Shown: positions 19,327 to 30,141, numbered from the stretch's first letter. The stretch is DNA of 64,000 bases from an uncultured Poribacteria bacterium (GCA_958296135.2 CATQHZ020000001.1:2720001-2784000); one strand, 5' to 3'. The notes: generated by a model not told the origin, from the letters alone. A program made the numbers and translations.

Positions 19327-20529
19327 TTACGCAATCTCACCGATAGGAATCCGACGCTCATCCAAGGATAGCGAACGACGCGGCAGATCGCCGAAGAGGG
19401 GACGGAAATACCCTGCACCCGCCGCTGACATCTGATACCGCGCCGCATCGTAAAACCGCAGGTCCAGGCTGCGACGGATGACATGTCCCGTAGCATCGCG
19501 CTTCAGCACTTGCTCTAATGGCAACAACGTCGGCTCGATACCGGTATCGGTTCGCGTAATCGTTGCGACACCGTTCACCATGCCATCTGCAAGTGCGCGC
19601 ACCGCGAGCGAGCCCGCCTTAATCGCAGTGTCTCTATCCAAAGCGGTTGGGCTCCCACACCGTTGGAGATAGCCGAGTATCAAAGCCCGGAACGCTGAAC
19701 CTGAAATATGAGGGAGCCGATTCTTCATCGCTTCAACGATGATTTCGGAGCATCCACCCGGTTTGGTGTGCCCGAACGCATCCAATTCTGCCTGCGAGGT
19801 TATCATCAATTCGCCTGCATCGTTTCGGATGCCCTCCGAGACGACAACAATCACGTCACCGCGTTCGGCGTGTTTCTCGCGAATCGCTTCCGCCAGCCGG
19901 TCTGGTTGATACGGCACTTCCGGCACAACGATAAGGTCGGCGTGGCCATAAGCAGACGCAAGCGTCAACCACCCTGCATCCCTACCCATCGCCTCCACGA
20001 CGATAACCCTGTCGTGTGAATAGGCGGTGGTGCGCAAGTCGCGGACAGCACTGATAATGCGACTCGCCGCTGTCGGGAACCCGGGGCAGAAATAGTTCAC
20101 CATTTTGGAGTAATCCACAGCATCCCCTTCCGGTGGATTAATGCCAACATCGTTGTCAATTGTTTTTGTGACAAACACGGTTGTGAATTGCTCGGAGAGC
20201 GCGGCACCAACTGTCAGCGTATCGTCACCGCCAATCGGGATGAGGCCGCTGATATCCAATTTTTTTAGGTTCTGAATCGCCTCGTCCAATTTGTGCATCG
20301 CGATGAGGTTGGTACGCGAGCTTTTCAGCAGCGTGCCACCGTAATTTTCGTCAATCAAATCAGGGGTGAGGGCGAAGTAGCGTCCGCCTTTCAGAACGCC
20401 TTTCCACCCTTCCATGAATCCAACGAGTTCAAAACCGAGCTCCTCGGCTTTCAAAGCGATTCCTTTGAGGGTAGCGTTGAGCGCGCTTGTGTCGCCGCCT
20501 CCTGTTAAAACACCGATTTTTTTAGGCAT
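19327..20529 (-). CDS. pfkA: 6-phosphofructokinase family protein, probably PPi-dependent
   Basis: GVLTGGGD, GGDDT, KTIDND, EAMGRDAGW, LGYLQR. Confidence 0.85.
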   Translation of the reverse strand: MPKKIGVLTGGGDTSALNATLKGIALKAEELGFELVGFMEGWKGVLKGGRYFALTPDLIDENYGGTLLKSSRTNLIAMHKLDEAIQNLKKLDISGLIPIGGDDTLTVGAALSEQFTTVFVTKTIDNDVGINPPEGDAVDYSKMVNYFCPGFPTAASRIISAVRDLRTTAYSHDRVIVVEAMGRDAGWLTLASAYGHADLIVVPEVPYQPDRLAEAIREKHAERGDVIVVVSEGIRNDAGELMITSQAELDAFGHTKPGGCSEIIVEAMKNRLPHISGSAFRALILGYLQRCGSPTALDRDTAIKAGSLAVRALADGMVNGVATITRTDTGIEPTLLPLEQVLKRDATGHVIRRSLDLRFYDAARYQMSAAGAGYFRPLFGDLPRRSLSLDERRIPIGEIA

Positions 20530-20670
20530 ATTTAAAATTCCTTTCGGGATTTGGGAATCCCACCGACATTATTAACCCGTAGTGCGAGGGCCCGTCCCGC
20601 GCAATTCACCAATCCAACAGGACCAGGAGTCCCTTCTACTAGAGCCATTAAGCTCCTAAAGGGGCTTTTC

Positions 20671-22230
20671 CTACTTGACAACTTCAACGACGACCGGCTT
20701 CTCCAAAGCGAGTGCCTTTTCAAGCGTCGGTTTAAAATCGCCCAGGTCTTCGACGCGCAGCCCGATTGCGCCGAACGATTCAGCGAATTGCACGAAGTCG
20801 GGGTTCACCAACTCAACCCCAATGCGCTTGCCGAAACGGCGCAGCTGCCCTCGCTCAATAGAGGTATACTGGTTATCGTTCATCACAAGCGTGACAACAG
20901 GAAGGTTATACATCACTGCTGTCGCCAGATCTGGGCTTGTCATGAGGAAGCCACCATCACCGCTGAGCGCGACAACCTTCCGGTCCGGATACGCGACCTG
21001 CGCACCGATGGCACCTGTCAACCCGATGCCCATGGCGACAGAGATGCCGGAGAAGATGAAACTTCCAGGAGAATACACCGGGAAATGCGGAAGCGCGCCG
21101 TAGCCAGTGATGTTGACATCCACTGATAAGATAGCATCGCGAGGCAAAACATCGCGCATCTCTCGCAAGATTTGCGGCACTTCAATTGCGGTGAATTGGC
21201 TCCGCAATTGCCGCACGCCTCCGCCCCATCCATCTGTCCGTTTCTCACTGTGCAGCGCGGCATTCAGCTGTTGCAAGACAAACTTCGGAGCGGCACCGAT
21301 ACCGACGGTCGCGGGGTATTCCTTGTGAATCTCGTCTACATCAGCCTCAATGTGCAACAGGGGTTTATCGATTCTCAGCGTCCAATTGCCGGTATCCCGA
21401 TAGGTAAATCGGGTTCCGATAGCAATGATCAAGTCGGATGCTTCCAATGCCGCTTGCGCAACGCTGTCTCGGAAGATGCCAATGGAGTAGGGCGAGTCTT
21501 CGGGGATAGAGCCTTTGCCCATGCTCGTCATCGCTATCGGCGCATTGAGGGCGCGCGCGAACGCCAGCAGTTCCTCGGTTGCACGGGAATGACTAACGCC
21601 GCTACCGGAGAGAATGAACGGCCGTTCCGCAGCGCAGATAAGTCTCACCGCCGCCGCAATATCTGCATTGCTTGCTGCGGTGCAGATGCCGTTATTTCGC
21701 GGCGGGATAGGCAGCGCGGCAACTGCTTGTAGGGCATCGGTTGCCAATTCAATCAATACAGGCCCAGGCCTGCCTGAGCGCATCGCGCCGAACGCTCTGT
21801 TGACAGCACCCGGAATCTGCGCCACGCGATGCACAATCTCAATGTGTTTTGTCATTGAGGAAAAGGCGGCACGCTGATCTAAGCCGTGAAAACTCTTCCT
21901 CGGGTCTTTCTGTGCAAGGCCCGCTGGATTCTGCCCGGTTATCCACAGCACCGGTGAGCATGCAGTGTATGCCTCGCAAATCCCAATAGAGGCGTTGTTA
22001 GAGCCGGGCCCAGGAACAGTCATGCAGACACCGACATCGCCAGTGGCTCGGGCATAGCCATCAGCCATAAACGCCGTGCCGCCCTCGTGCCGCGTGACGT
22101 AGTGTCGGATGCTCTCTTGGTTGTGATACAACGCCTCATAAACGGTGTCAAGATGGTTCCCCGGCAATCCGAAGATTACCTCAACACCCTGTTCTTTCAA
22201 ACATTCAACGAAGATATGGCCTCCAGTCAT
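20671..22230 (-). CDS. Thiamine diphosphate-dependent enzyme (acetolactate synthase-like)
   Basis: FGLPG, TRHE, GRPGPV, GDGGF...N ThDP motif. The upstream ATG at 22260 lies inside a REP, so 22230 is preferred. Confidence 0.85.
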   Translation of the reverse strand: MTGGHIFVECLKEQGVEVIFGLPGNHLDTVYEALYHNQESIRHYVTRHEGGTAFMADGYARATGDVGVCMTVPGPGSNNASIGICEAYTACSPVLWITGQNPAGLAQKDPRKSFHGLDQRAAFSSMTKHIEIVHRVAQIPGAVNRAFGAMRSGRPGPVLIELATDALQAVAALPIPPRNNGICTAASNADIAAAVRLICAAERPFILSGSGVSHSRATEELLAFARALNAPIAMTSMGKGSIPEDSPYSIGIFRDSVAQAALEASDLIIAIGTRFTYRDTGNWTLRIDKPLLHIEADVDEIHKEYPATVGIGAAPKFVLQQLNAALHSEKRTDGWGGGVRQLRSQFTAIEVPQILREMRDVLPRDAILSVDVNITGYGALPHFPVYSPGSFIFSGISVAMGIGLTGAIGAQVAYPDRKVVALSGDGGFLMTSPDLATAVMYNLPVVTLVMNDNQYTSIERGQLRRFGKRIGVELVNPDFVQFAESFGAIGLRVEDLGDFKPTLEKALALEKPVVVEVVK

Positions 22231-22313
22231 TGTCCCATCCTTTTGTATGCAGGCGGACATGGAAATCCGCCCTTACAATTCTGATGTCCGGTAGGCGCGC
22301 TTTGAAAGCACGC

Positions 22314-24185
22314 CTACGGGCTCCTATTTCTACGGGCAAAAAGCCGCCCTTGTTCATGCGCAAACGCGGTATTTAGATACGTTTTTCCATCTGCATGCCA
22401 AAAATCGACAGCGGTTTTCGTGCCTTCCAGCAGACAAAATTCCTCCACACTTTCCGACTTGCCGCGTATCTCAACCAAGACATCGATCGGTGCACTCTCC
22501 GCGTTGTAGAGATAGAACATGTCGGCATCTTCAGTCACTCGGTGCTGGAACTGGAGTGCGAGCGTCGGTTCATTCACCGGCTTCGCATACACCGAAATGG
22601 CTGGGGTTATCCATTTTCGGAGATACTTTTTCAGTGCGGCCTCCCGTTCGCCCAATGGGCCTCGGAGGATAGTTGTCCGCCGCCCATAGATGAGTTGTTC
22701 CAGTGGATACGGTTTTAATCCGATCCGTCCATTGAGCAGATATGGCACTGGTTCGTTCACTATCAATTTACCTTTCGCCTTCGTCAATGCACGCAGGCAG
22801 TTCACTGTCTCTTCCTGCAGTGAGAGGCAACTCGGCAGTAGCACAACGCGATAAACCTCTGCGCCAGGCGCGCTTTGCTCCGCTGGATTGGCAAAACAGA
22901 GACAGCGACGTTTCCTATCTATCGTGGCAAAACGCAGTTCTCGTTCGGAAACAATCCGAAAGTCGTAACCCAACTGCGATACCGTTTGGCACAGCCACCC
23001 CCACGCTTTCGTCAGATAGTTCCACTGCTTCTCATCAGGTTTTGTCCAGAGACTCTGCGTCGGCGCAACCATCAGCAGTTGCCGCTTTGGATGTCCAACC
23101 GCCAACAGGTTCTCACAAAACGACGGTGGACTTCCAGAAACCCACACGTTAAAGCCAAGGGCAACATCTTGAAGCGACTGCTTTAGTTGATGTGAACCTT
23201 TCCGCGAAATCCCCGCGTAGCGTGCATTGCCAGAAACCCATTTGGAGACGACGCACCGTCTAGCCGTCCCTCCTACGGGAGGCGCGCGTTGCAAGCGCGC
23301 TTTTCCCGCGTCAGACACAGTGAGAATCGGGCAATCTACCTCTGCCAGCATCGCACCCAATTCAAATTCCAACGCTCTTGCACTTTCAGGAATACTCACA
23401 GCGAACTGTAGTCCCTCCTGATGACAGAAATCACGCACGCCGGCGAGAAAGCAATTCGCGAATTGCGTCGTCACCGCTCGCCAAAACGCGTTCCGAACTG
23501 CCGCCGAGTCGTAGGTATCATAAAAGATGAGCGGTAAGTATGCCTGAACCGTGTCTTTCAGCGTCCGACTCCACGGAACCGAATCGGCATCTGATTCTAA
23601 GATAGATAAAAATCGCGGCAATTCGCAGGCGAAACCGATGAGGGATGCTTTCCCGTGAGCGTTGAGGGAACCCATCAGCACTTGTTCTATGAATACCGAA
23701 ACGCCGTTCTCACTCAGCAAATCTGGTAGTCCTTGCGCTGCGGTTTGACGGAGGTGCAGCACGGTTCGCCCGCGCAACCGTGCTGCAATTGCGAGCTCCC
23801 CTGCCACACATCGCTGCACATACTCGCTAATATGATAGCAGGGGGCATCCGCATGCGGCTGTGCAATCAGATAGTGTCGGTGAAATTCGCGATGCTGCTC
23901 CCACTGCCGAAGCACCGCCTGAATGGCTATCGCCCCCTCTGCTTCGCCGAAGGTTCGGCCTACCGCATTTAATCGATAGCGCGTTTGCAGCAAGGCAGAA
24001 GGCAGTTGTATCCACGCGTGCACGCCCCGTGGCACCGTCGATTTTTGTGTGCCTAGCCACGGAAGCAAGACACCACTTGCGATATGTGAGCGATTTGTGT
24101 CCACGAGCCATCCGCCTCTGATTCCATGGTTTCCGATAGGCGCGCTTTGGCAATGCGCAGTTTCAAACCGCGTCTGCCGGGGCAA
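22314..24185 (-). CDS. Hypothetical protein, possibly a degenerate glycoside hydrolase-like protein; start uncertain
   Basis: Long ORF; GYDFRIVSE...YRVVLLPS resembles GATase-like domains of GH proteins; 5' end overlaps a REP. Confidence 0.45.
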   Translation of the reverse strand: MPRQTRFETAHCQSAPIGNHGIRGGWLVDTNRSHIASGVLLPWLGTQKSTVPRGVHAWIQLPSALLQTRYRLNAVGRTFGEAEGAIAIQAVLRQWEQHREFHRHYLIAQPHADAPCYHISEYVQRCVAGELAIAARLRGRTVLHLRQTAAQGLPDLLSENGVSVFIEQVLMGSLNAHGKASLIGFACELPRFLSILESDADSVPWSRTLKDTVQAYLPLIFYDTYDSAAVRNAFWRAVTTQFANCFLAGVRDFCHQEGLQFAVSIPESARALEFELGAMLAEVDCPILTVSDAGKARLQRAPPVGGTARRCVVSKWVSGNARYAGISRKGSHQLKQSLQDVALGFNVWVSGSPPSFCENLLAVGHPKRQLLMVAPTQSLWTKPDEKQWNYLTKAWGWLCQTVSQLGYDFRIVSERELRFATIDRKRRCLCFANPAEQSAPGAEVYRVVLLPSCLSLQEETVNCLRALTKAKGKLIVNEPVPYLLNGRIGLKPYPLEQLIYGRRTTILRGPLGEREAALKKYLRKWITPAISVYAKPVNEPTLALQFQHRVTEDADMFYLYNAESAPIDVLVEIRGKSESVEEFCLLEGTKTAVDFWHADGKTYLNTAFAHEQGRLFARRNRSP

Positions 24186-24198
24186 AAATTAAAAAACC

Positions 24199-24227
24199 TT
24201 GCAGTGTTAAAAATTTAATGGTATACT
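24199..24227 (+). promoter_or_regulatory. sigma70-type promoter
   Basis: TTGCAG-N17-TATACT with TG extension. Confidence 0.55.
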
Positions 24228-24309
24228 ATCATTATAATGTCAATTCGCGAGGGCGCGTCTTATATAGTTTAGCACACCTCGTGAATTCATGCAAGGGAAA
24301 TAAGAAAAT

Positions 24310-25542
24310 ATGAAACTCCTAGAAAATTTTATCTCGGCGTTTTCCGTGCTCCGTGCAAGCAAACTTCGCACTATCCTAACTCTTCTAGGGATTATGATCG
24401 GGATTGCCGGTGTGATTGCAATGATGTCTGTCGGCGCAGGCGCAGAAAAACTCCTCATGTCGGAGATCGAGAAAATCGGGGGGCCCAGCATGTTCGGGGT
24501 TTACCGACCCGGGTGGATTGAGGCCAACGGACGTTGGCGACGCAATACGAGCCCGCATAAACTTGAGATGCGCGACCTGCGCGCAATTCAGGAAGAATGT
24601 CCATCCGTCGAATTTGCCACCGTGGAGACAAGTTACTCCATCGATTTCAAAGTTGATGGGCGACATAGGCGGACCTACATGCGGGCGACAACACGTGAAT
24701 ACCAAGAGGTTCGCCAATGGAAAACCCGATACGGTAGATTCCTCGCCGATACGGACATGAGTTTCTGGTCGAAAGTCTGTGTCATCGGCTCGAAAGTCTG
24801 GGAGGAGCAGTTTAAAGGCGCGGACCCGCTCGGCAAGGAGGTCGCGATTAATGGCAGACGCTTTACTGTCATCGGTGTTATGGAGAGCCGCGGGGACGGG
24901 TTAGAGGCCGGGAGAAGTGACGACAACATGATCTTCATTCCGATTACCACAGCGCAGAACCGTTTTTGGGGCAGCAAAAACGTCGGTGCTATCATGGCAC
25001 GCGCCAAAAGTCCGATGGTTGTCGAACAGGCACTCAAAGAGGTTAAAACCATTCTGAGACGTAACCACAGCGGCGATGACACGTTTTTCCGGACCTGGTC
25101 AGCGAAGCAGGGGATCAAGTCGGCAAAACAGACGATTTTCATCATCGAGATGGTGCTTGTTATCATTGCCTCTGTCTCGTTGATTGTCGCCGGCATCGGC
25201 ATCCTGAACATCATGCTCGTCTCGGTTACCGAGCGGATTCCAGAAATCGGACTGCGGAAAGCTGTCGGTGCGAAAGCGTTTGACATCCGGATTCAGTTTC
25301 TCACGGAATCGGTACTGTTGTGTCTGATTGGCGGTGTGCTAGGTATCGCGCTAGGCGCAATTGTCGGGCAAGGCTTCGCGTGGATAATTGGGAAAATCTT
25401 CGGACACTGGCCCTCTGTCATTACGTTAAAGTCGGTGCTGACTTCGGTTGGAGCGGCGGGTGCGGTGGGTATCTTTTTCGGATTTTACCCGGCGAGTCAA
25501 GCAGCGAAGATGGCTCCGATTGAGGCACTTCGGCATACGTAA
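24310..25542 (+). CDS. ABC transporter permease, MacB/FtsX family
   Basis: RTILTLLGIMIG, GILNIMLVSVTERIPEIGLRKAVGA, PIEALR. Confidence 0.92.
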   Translation: MKLLENFISAFSVLRASKLRTILTLLGIMIGIAGVIAMMSVGAGAEKLLMSEIEKIGGPSMFGVYRPGWIEANGRWRRNTSPHKLEMRDLRAIQEECPSVEFATVETSYSIDFKVDGRHRRTYMRATTREYQEVRQWKTRYGRFLADTDMSFWSKVCVIGSKVWEEQFKGADPLGKEVAINGRRFTVIGVMESRGDGLEAGRSDDNMIFIPITTAQNRFWGSKNVGAIMARAKSPMVVEQALKEVKTILRRNHSGDDTFFRTWSAKQGIKSAKQTIFIIEMVLVIIASVSLIVAGIGILNIMLVSVTERIPEIGLRKAVGAKAFDIRIQFLTESVLLCLIGGVLGIALGAIVGQGFAWIIGKIFGHWPSVITLKSVLTSVGAAGAVGIFFGFYPASQAAKMAPIEALRHT

Positions 25543-25729
25543 TCTGAAGCAGGATTAGCAGGATTTTCTGGATTAGGGGTATCCTCCTTTCATCGTGCTG
25601 CTGTTTTTTTGATAAAAACCGCACGCCGACCACGGCACTAGATGCGCCAGCAACACAGGATTTCCCACGGAAAAAACGGCAGGTTGACAAGGGGCTCTTC
25701 CTAATCTTGTCCATCCTGATTCAGACAAA
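25543..25729. repeat. Inverted pair of TCTGAA(T/G)CAGGAT...GATTAGG elements between convergent genes
   Basis: TCTGAAGCAGGATTAGCAGGATTTTCTGGATTAGG versus the reverse-strand TTGTCTGAATCAGGATGGACAAGATTAGG; related motifs near 32827 and 34675. Confidence 0.5.
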
Positions 25730-25784
25730 TGCAAATGGCGGGAACCTATGCTCCCGCCTAACGACATTGATGCCGACAACACGC

Positions 25785-26828
25785 TTAACGGCTAATCCGC
25801 ACGCTCCCTGCCTGCATCGCTTTCTCTGCCTCTTCGGCTGTTGCCCAGTTGAAATCGCCGGGGAAGGTGTGCGCTAAGGCGGAATAGCCCCCCGCGAAAT
25901 CGACTGCTTCCTGCGGTGGTTTTCCATTCAGCAGACTGTAAATTAACCCTGCCGAGAAACTATCGCCGCCGCCAACCCGGTCTACCAATTCCAAATCTTC
26001 GTAGATGCGCGAGAGATAGAATTCCTCACCATCGAAAAGCAGGGTGCGCCAATCGTTGAGCCAGCCGGTTTTGGCATCGCGCAGTGTCGTGCCGATCATC
26101 TCAATGTTCGGGAACGCGTCTTTGACGCGCTGCGCGACCTCTTTGTAACTGTCGGGTTCAAGTTTGCTGTATGCCTCCGTTGTGCCTTCCGCAGCGAAGC
26201 CGAGGGATTTCTCAAAATCTTCCTCGTTGCCGATGAGGACAGAGACATGCGCCATCATCGGCCGGTTTGCCGCCTGCGCCTGTTCCGCACTCCACAATTT
26301 GGAACGGAAGTTCAGATCGTAACTCGTCTTGACTCCGGATGCGCGCGCCGCTTGCAGTGCCTCCGCCGAGACTGCCGCAGCGGACGCTGATAACGCCGGC
26401 GTTATCCCACTGAGATGAAACCAACTTGCCCCGCTGAAAATGGAGGCCCAATCGAGCTCGCCCGGCTGCACTTTGGAAATCGCCGAATGAGCCCTGTCAT
26501 ACGTGACGCTGCTGGCGCGCGGACCCGCACCTAATTCAAGGTGATAAAACCCGTTCCGCTCCAACCCAACGCCATCGAAATCCACCCAGACGATGTTGGA
26601 CATATCCACGCCCAGTTCACGGCCCTTGTTGCGGATATAGCGGCCAGACCAGTTGTCGACAAGTCGTGAGACCCAGGCGGTTTTCAAGCCGAGTTGTGCG
26701 GCGTTCACGGCAACGTTCATCTCAGCACCGCCAGCGGTAATTGCGAGGGATGTCGCCTGCTCTAGGCGCATAAACTCTGGGGCAGTGAGACGAATCATCG
26801 CTTCGCCAAACGTGACTAAATCATACAT
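25785..26828 (-). CDS. PfkB family sugar kinase (KdgK-like)
   Basis: FGEAM, GGAEMNVA, SYDLNFR, DRVGGGDSF. Confidence 0.9.
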   Translation of the reverse strand: MYDLVTFGEAMIRLTAPEFMRLEQATSLAITAGGAEMNVAVNAAQLGLKTAWVSRLVDNWSGRYIRNKGRELGVDMSNIVWVDFDGVGLERNGFYHLELGAGPRASSVTYDRAHSAISKVQPGELDWASIFSGASWFHLSGITPALSASAAAVSAEALQAARASGVKTSYDLNFRSKLWSAEQAQAANRPMMAHVSVLIGNEEDFEKSLGFAAEGTTEAYSKLEPDSYKEVAQRVKDAFPNIEMIGTTLRDAKTGWLNDWRTLLFDGEEFYLSRIYEDLELVDRVGGGDSFSAGLIYSLLNGKPPQEAVDFAGGYSALAHTFPGDFNWATAEEAEKAMQAGSVRISR

Positions 26829-26837
26829 AAAAGACTC

Positions 26838-27119
26838 CTATGCTTTTTCTGTGTGTTCGGGCGGCACGCTGTGAGCGCGCGTCTCTTGATATTCGCGGTT
26901 CAAATTCTCAATGCATTGCCCACAGAAGCAATAGACTCTGCCGTAGCCGCCAACCTCTTTTTCAAGCAGCTGTTCCATCGGAAATTCGTTTTGGCAGAGC
27001 GCGCACACCTCCATCGGGACTTTCAGGCGCGCTTCGTCATCCGCCTCGCGCCGGGATATGAAATGCAAAATCAGCCAAACCGCAATCGGGATGAGGACGA
27101 CAAAAAAAATAAATAGCAT
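26838..27119 (-). CDS. Small membrane protein with CxxC...CxC.xC metal-binding motif
   Basis: N-terminal TM helix; CALC...CFCGQC. Confidence 0.65.
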   Translation of the reverse strand: MLFIFFVVLIPIAVWLILHFISRREADDEARLKVPMEVCALCQNEFPMEQLLEKEVGGYGRVYCFCGQCIENLNREYQETRAHSVPPEHTEKA

Positions 27120-27207
27120 CGCGAGCGTTCCTCGTCAATAGAATTCAGGATAGTTTACCTGAAAACGGAGAAGAGATCAAGGAAATTTTGCGGCGGAGAC
27201 AATTTTG

Positions 27208-27237
27208 TTGACACGCTATCGGTTTTGGTGGTATAAT
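27208..27237 (+). promoter_or_regulatory. sigma70-type promoter
   Basis: TTGACA-N18-TATAAT with TG extension. Confidence 0.75.
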
Positions 27238-27265
27238 TGATAAAAAGTTTGATAAGGAGCGCACG

Positions 27266-28129
27266 ATGACACAAATCAAACCCTTTACCGTTTCCAATCC
27301 GCTGATAGACGATGCCGAGAAACTGCGCGAGCAAGCGCGACAAGATGGCTACCTCTACTTTCGCGGCCTCATTGATGCCGAGTCTATCCTCAATTTGCGG
27401 CGAGATTTTCTGGTGCTCTGCCATCGCCACGGATGGGTGGAAGGCGGGGAAAACCTGATGGATGCTATCCGCACAAGCACGCCTTTCATGGAAGGCGATG
27501 ACGGATATTGGCCCGTTTTAGACGAATTCCAACGGCTTGAATCCTTCCACGCGTTCGCGCATCATCCAGCGATTTTGGACGTATGCGATAAATTGTTCGG
27601 CGAGAAGACGCTCGTGCATCCGCGGAATATTGGAAGAATTATGTTCCCTGAAAACACTAAATACACAACGCCTGCGCATCAGGATTACATCCACATTCGC
27701 GGCACCGAGGACACCTACACAGGGTGGATTCCGCTCGGCGCGTGCTCTGAAGAGTTGGGTGGGTTGTCCGTGCTTGCCGGTTCGCATCGGTTTGGCATAT
27801 TTCCGGTGAAGCCCGCGCTCGGCGCAGGAGGACTCGGTATTGATACCGCGCCGTTGGAGGCAGACGGCCTCGGCTGGGTGGCGGGAGATTACGCCCTCGG
27901 CGACGCGCTTTTCTTTCACAGTCACACCGTGCATAAAGCACTGCCGAATCAGACCACGGATCGGATTCGTCTCTCGGTGGATTATCGGTATCAGGGAGGC
28001 TCCAAGCCTGTCACGGAGGGCTCGCTGCTGCCACATTTCAATCGGATGGGTTGGGACGAAATTTATGACGGATGGCACGCCACGAAATATCAATACTATT
28101 GGAACGATTTTGACTTGAACCGGGTGTGA
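27266..28129 (+). CDS. Phytanoyl-CoA dioxygenase (PhyH) family protein
   Basis: DGYL, HQD, GGLSVLAGSH, HSHTVH, RLS. Confidence 0.9.
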   Translation: MTQIKPFTVSNPLIDDAEKLREQARQDGYLYFRGLIDAESILNLRRDFLVLCHRHGWVEGGENLMDAIRTSTPFMEGDDGYWPVLDEFQRLESFHAFAHHPAILDVCDKLFGEKTLVHPRNIGRIMFPENTKYTTPAHQDYIHIRGTEDTYTGWIPLGACSEELGGLSVLAGSHRFGIFPVKPALGAGGLGIDTAPLEADGLGWVAGDYALGDALFFHSHTVHKALPNQTTDRIRLSVDYRYQGGSKPVTEGSLLPHFNRMGWDEIYDGWHATKYQYYWNDFDLNRV

Positions 28130-28132
28130 TTC

Positions 28133-28954
28133 ATGAAGAAAGCATGCATGTTTCTCCTCATTGGCACGCTCTGCCTTACAATTAGCGGAAACTGTGAGAA
28201 AGAACTCGCTGACATGGCACTCATTCCCGCCAGCGAATTTCTAATGGGCAGCACCCACGGTGATGCCGACGAAAAGCCCGTGCATACCGTTTACCTTGAC
28301 GCGTTCTACATTGACACGTACGAAGTAACAGTCGGCGAATACAAGCGGTTTGTCGAAGCCACCGGCCATCGGGCGTTACCTGAGTGGGTTGTGCAGTGTT
28401 CTCCAACCGACCGGCATCCTGTCGTAGGCGTGAGTTGGCATGACGCGATGGCCTACGCGCAGTGGGCCGGCAAACGTTTGCCGACAGAAGCAGAATGGGA
28501 AAAGGCGGCGAGAAGCGGATTGAAGGAACAGAAATACCCCTGGGGCAATACGCTTGATGCCAGCAAGGCAAACTATGGAAAGGGCAAGAAGACAAAATCC
28601 CAAACGCAGGCTGAAAAAACAACGCCTGTTGGCACGTATCCTGCCAACCGCTATGGACTCTATGACATGGCGGGGAACGTCTTGGAATGGTGCCTTGATG
28701 CGTATCAGAAGCAGTTTTACGCCAACTCGCCGCGCCGAAACCCTGTTGCAGGAACAATAAACGGGACCTCGGGAGCCGAAGGTATTCATCAGATTATCGA
28801 GAACTCCGCTCAAAAAAAGGAACGGCGTGTGACGCGAGGGGGCTCTTGGAGTTTCAGTCCCGAGGGAGTGCGCGTGGCGAACCGCTTCAGAGAAAAACCT
28901 TCACTGCTGAGTAGCGACATCGGATTTCGCTGTGTGAAGGATATTGAACCCTAA
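28133..28954 (+). CDS. FGE-sulfatase (SUMF1) domain protein
   Basis: FLMGS, RLPTEAEWEKAAR, GLYDMAGNVLEW, RGGSW, GFRC. Confidence 0.92.
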   Translation: MKKACMFLLIGTLCLTISGNCEKELADMALIPASEFLMGSTHGDADEKPVHTVYLDAFYIDTYEVTVGEYKRFVEATGHRALPEWVVQCSPTDRHPVVGVSWHDAMAYAQWAGKRLPTEAEWEKAARSGLKEQKYPWGNTLDASKANYGKGKKTKSQTQAEKTTPVGTYPANRYGLYDMAGNVLEWCLDAYQKQFYANSPRRNPVAGTINGTSGAEGIHQIIENSAQKKERRVTRGGSWSFSPEGVRVANRFREKPSLLSSDIGFRCVKDIEP

Positions 28955-28998
28955 ATGCACAGGACAGAACCTACGGGGTTTGTTCTGCGTCCGTCCTA

Positions 28999-30141
28999 AT
29001 GCCAAAAACTGGAAGGATACAAAAATCATTGGCTAAAAAGATTCTGCTGCTGATCGGCTGGAGTTGCATCGCCGTTTTGGCGGCATCAGCGGAAAACTAC
29101 ACCGGGGATTTTTTGACGAACGGCGTTGGCGGGCGCGCCCTCGGACTCGGCGGTGCCTACGTCAGCATCGCAGACGATGCCACCGCGACCTACTGGAATC
29201 CCGCCGGTATCGCAAGCATCGCGCGCGGACAAACAGCCGAAGAGGAAGGGCACGCCGCCGCCGCTAATCAACTCTGTTTGATGCACGCCGCGCGGCGCTC
29301 GGGATTAGGCGCGTTCAATTACGTCAGCGGCATTCGGCAAATCGTCCCGAACCTCGCGGTTGGGCTTTCGTGGATTCGCGCCGGAATTGACGATATTCCG
29401 ATTTACCCAACCATTCCCGCGTTCGATGAGAATATCAGCGCGGACGCACGGAAAAACATTGAGAGACTGCGCCCGAAGGAGAAAGATTTCGTCCCTACGG
29501 GTTACCTCAGCGATAGCGAAAACGCGTATATCCTCACCCTCGCGAAGCGGTTCGTTGTCAGTCAATCGTGGTGGGACAACTTCGGGAGAGATTCATTGCC
29601 ACCGGAGCTCCTCATCGGACTCAATGCAAAGTGGCTCTCGCAACGCATCAACGGCGGCGGGAGTCTGGACGAGGCATCCGCCGCAATCTACAATTACGGC
29701 AGCCGCGGTTACGGCTTTGATGCAGGCATGCTCATCCGCCTCCCTGACCTGAACGCGCTTTTTGGTTTGCAAATCGGTAGTTTCGCGCTCGGTATCAATT
29801 GGCAAGACATCTCGCAGACAACACTAACATGGAACACGCCGTTCGCGAGTTATAAAGAGTCCATCCCGGCTAATGTGAATATCGGGCTGGCGTATTCCAA
29901 CCGGCGCGTTTTCAATCGGGAACTCATCGTCTCCTATCAGTGGCAGGGACGCTACGGTGGACAAACGCACCTCGGTATGGAATATCATCTCAGCGCACCG
30001 TTGGCACTCCGAGTTGGGTATCGCAACGGCAGCCTCACGAGCGGCGTTGGCGTTCAGTTGCAACAGTTCCGTCTCGACTACGCGCTCCTCCTCGGCGACA
30101 TTATCAATACGCATTTTCTAAGTCTGCTCTGGCGTTTCTGA
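28999..30141 (+). CDS. PorV/FadL-like outer-membrane beta-barrel protein
   Basis: GGRALGLGGAYVSIADDATATYWNPAG; C-terminal LRVGY...DYA...WRF. Confidence 0.75.
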   Translation: MPKTGRIQKSLAKKILLLIGWSCIAVLAASAENYTGDFLTNGVGGRALGLGGAYVSIADDATATYWNPAGIASIARGQTAEEEGHAAAANQLCLMHAARRSGLGAFNYVSGIRQIVPNLAVGLSWIRAGIDDIPIYPTIPAFDENISADARKNIERLRPKEKDFVPTGYLSDSENAYILTLAKRFVVSQSWWDNFGRDSLPPELLIGLNAKWLSQRINGGGSLDEASAAIYNYGSRGYGFDAGMLIRLPDLNALFGLQIGSFALGINWQDISQTTLTWNTPFASYKESIPANVNIGLAYSNRRVFNRELIVSYQWQGRYGGQTHLGMEYHLSAPLALRVGYRNGSLTSGVGVQLQQFRLDYALLLGDIINTHFLSLLWRF

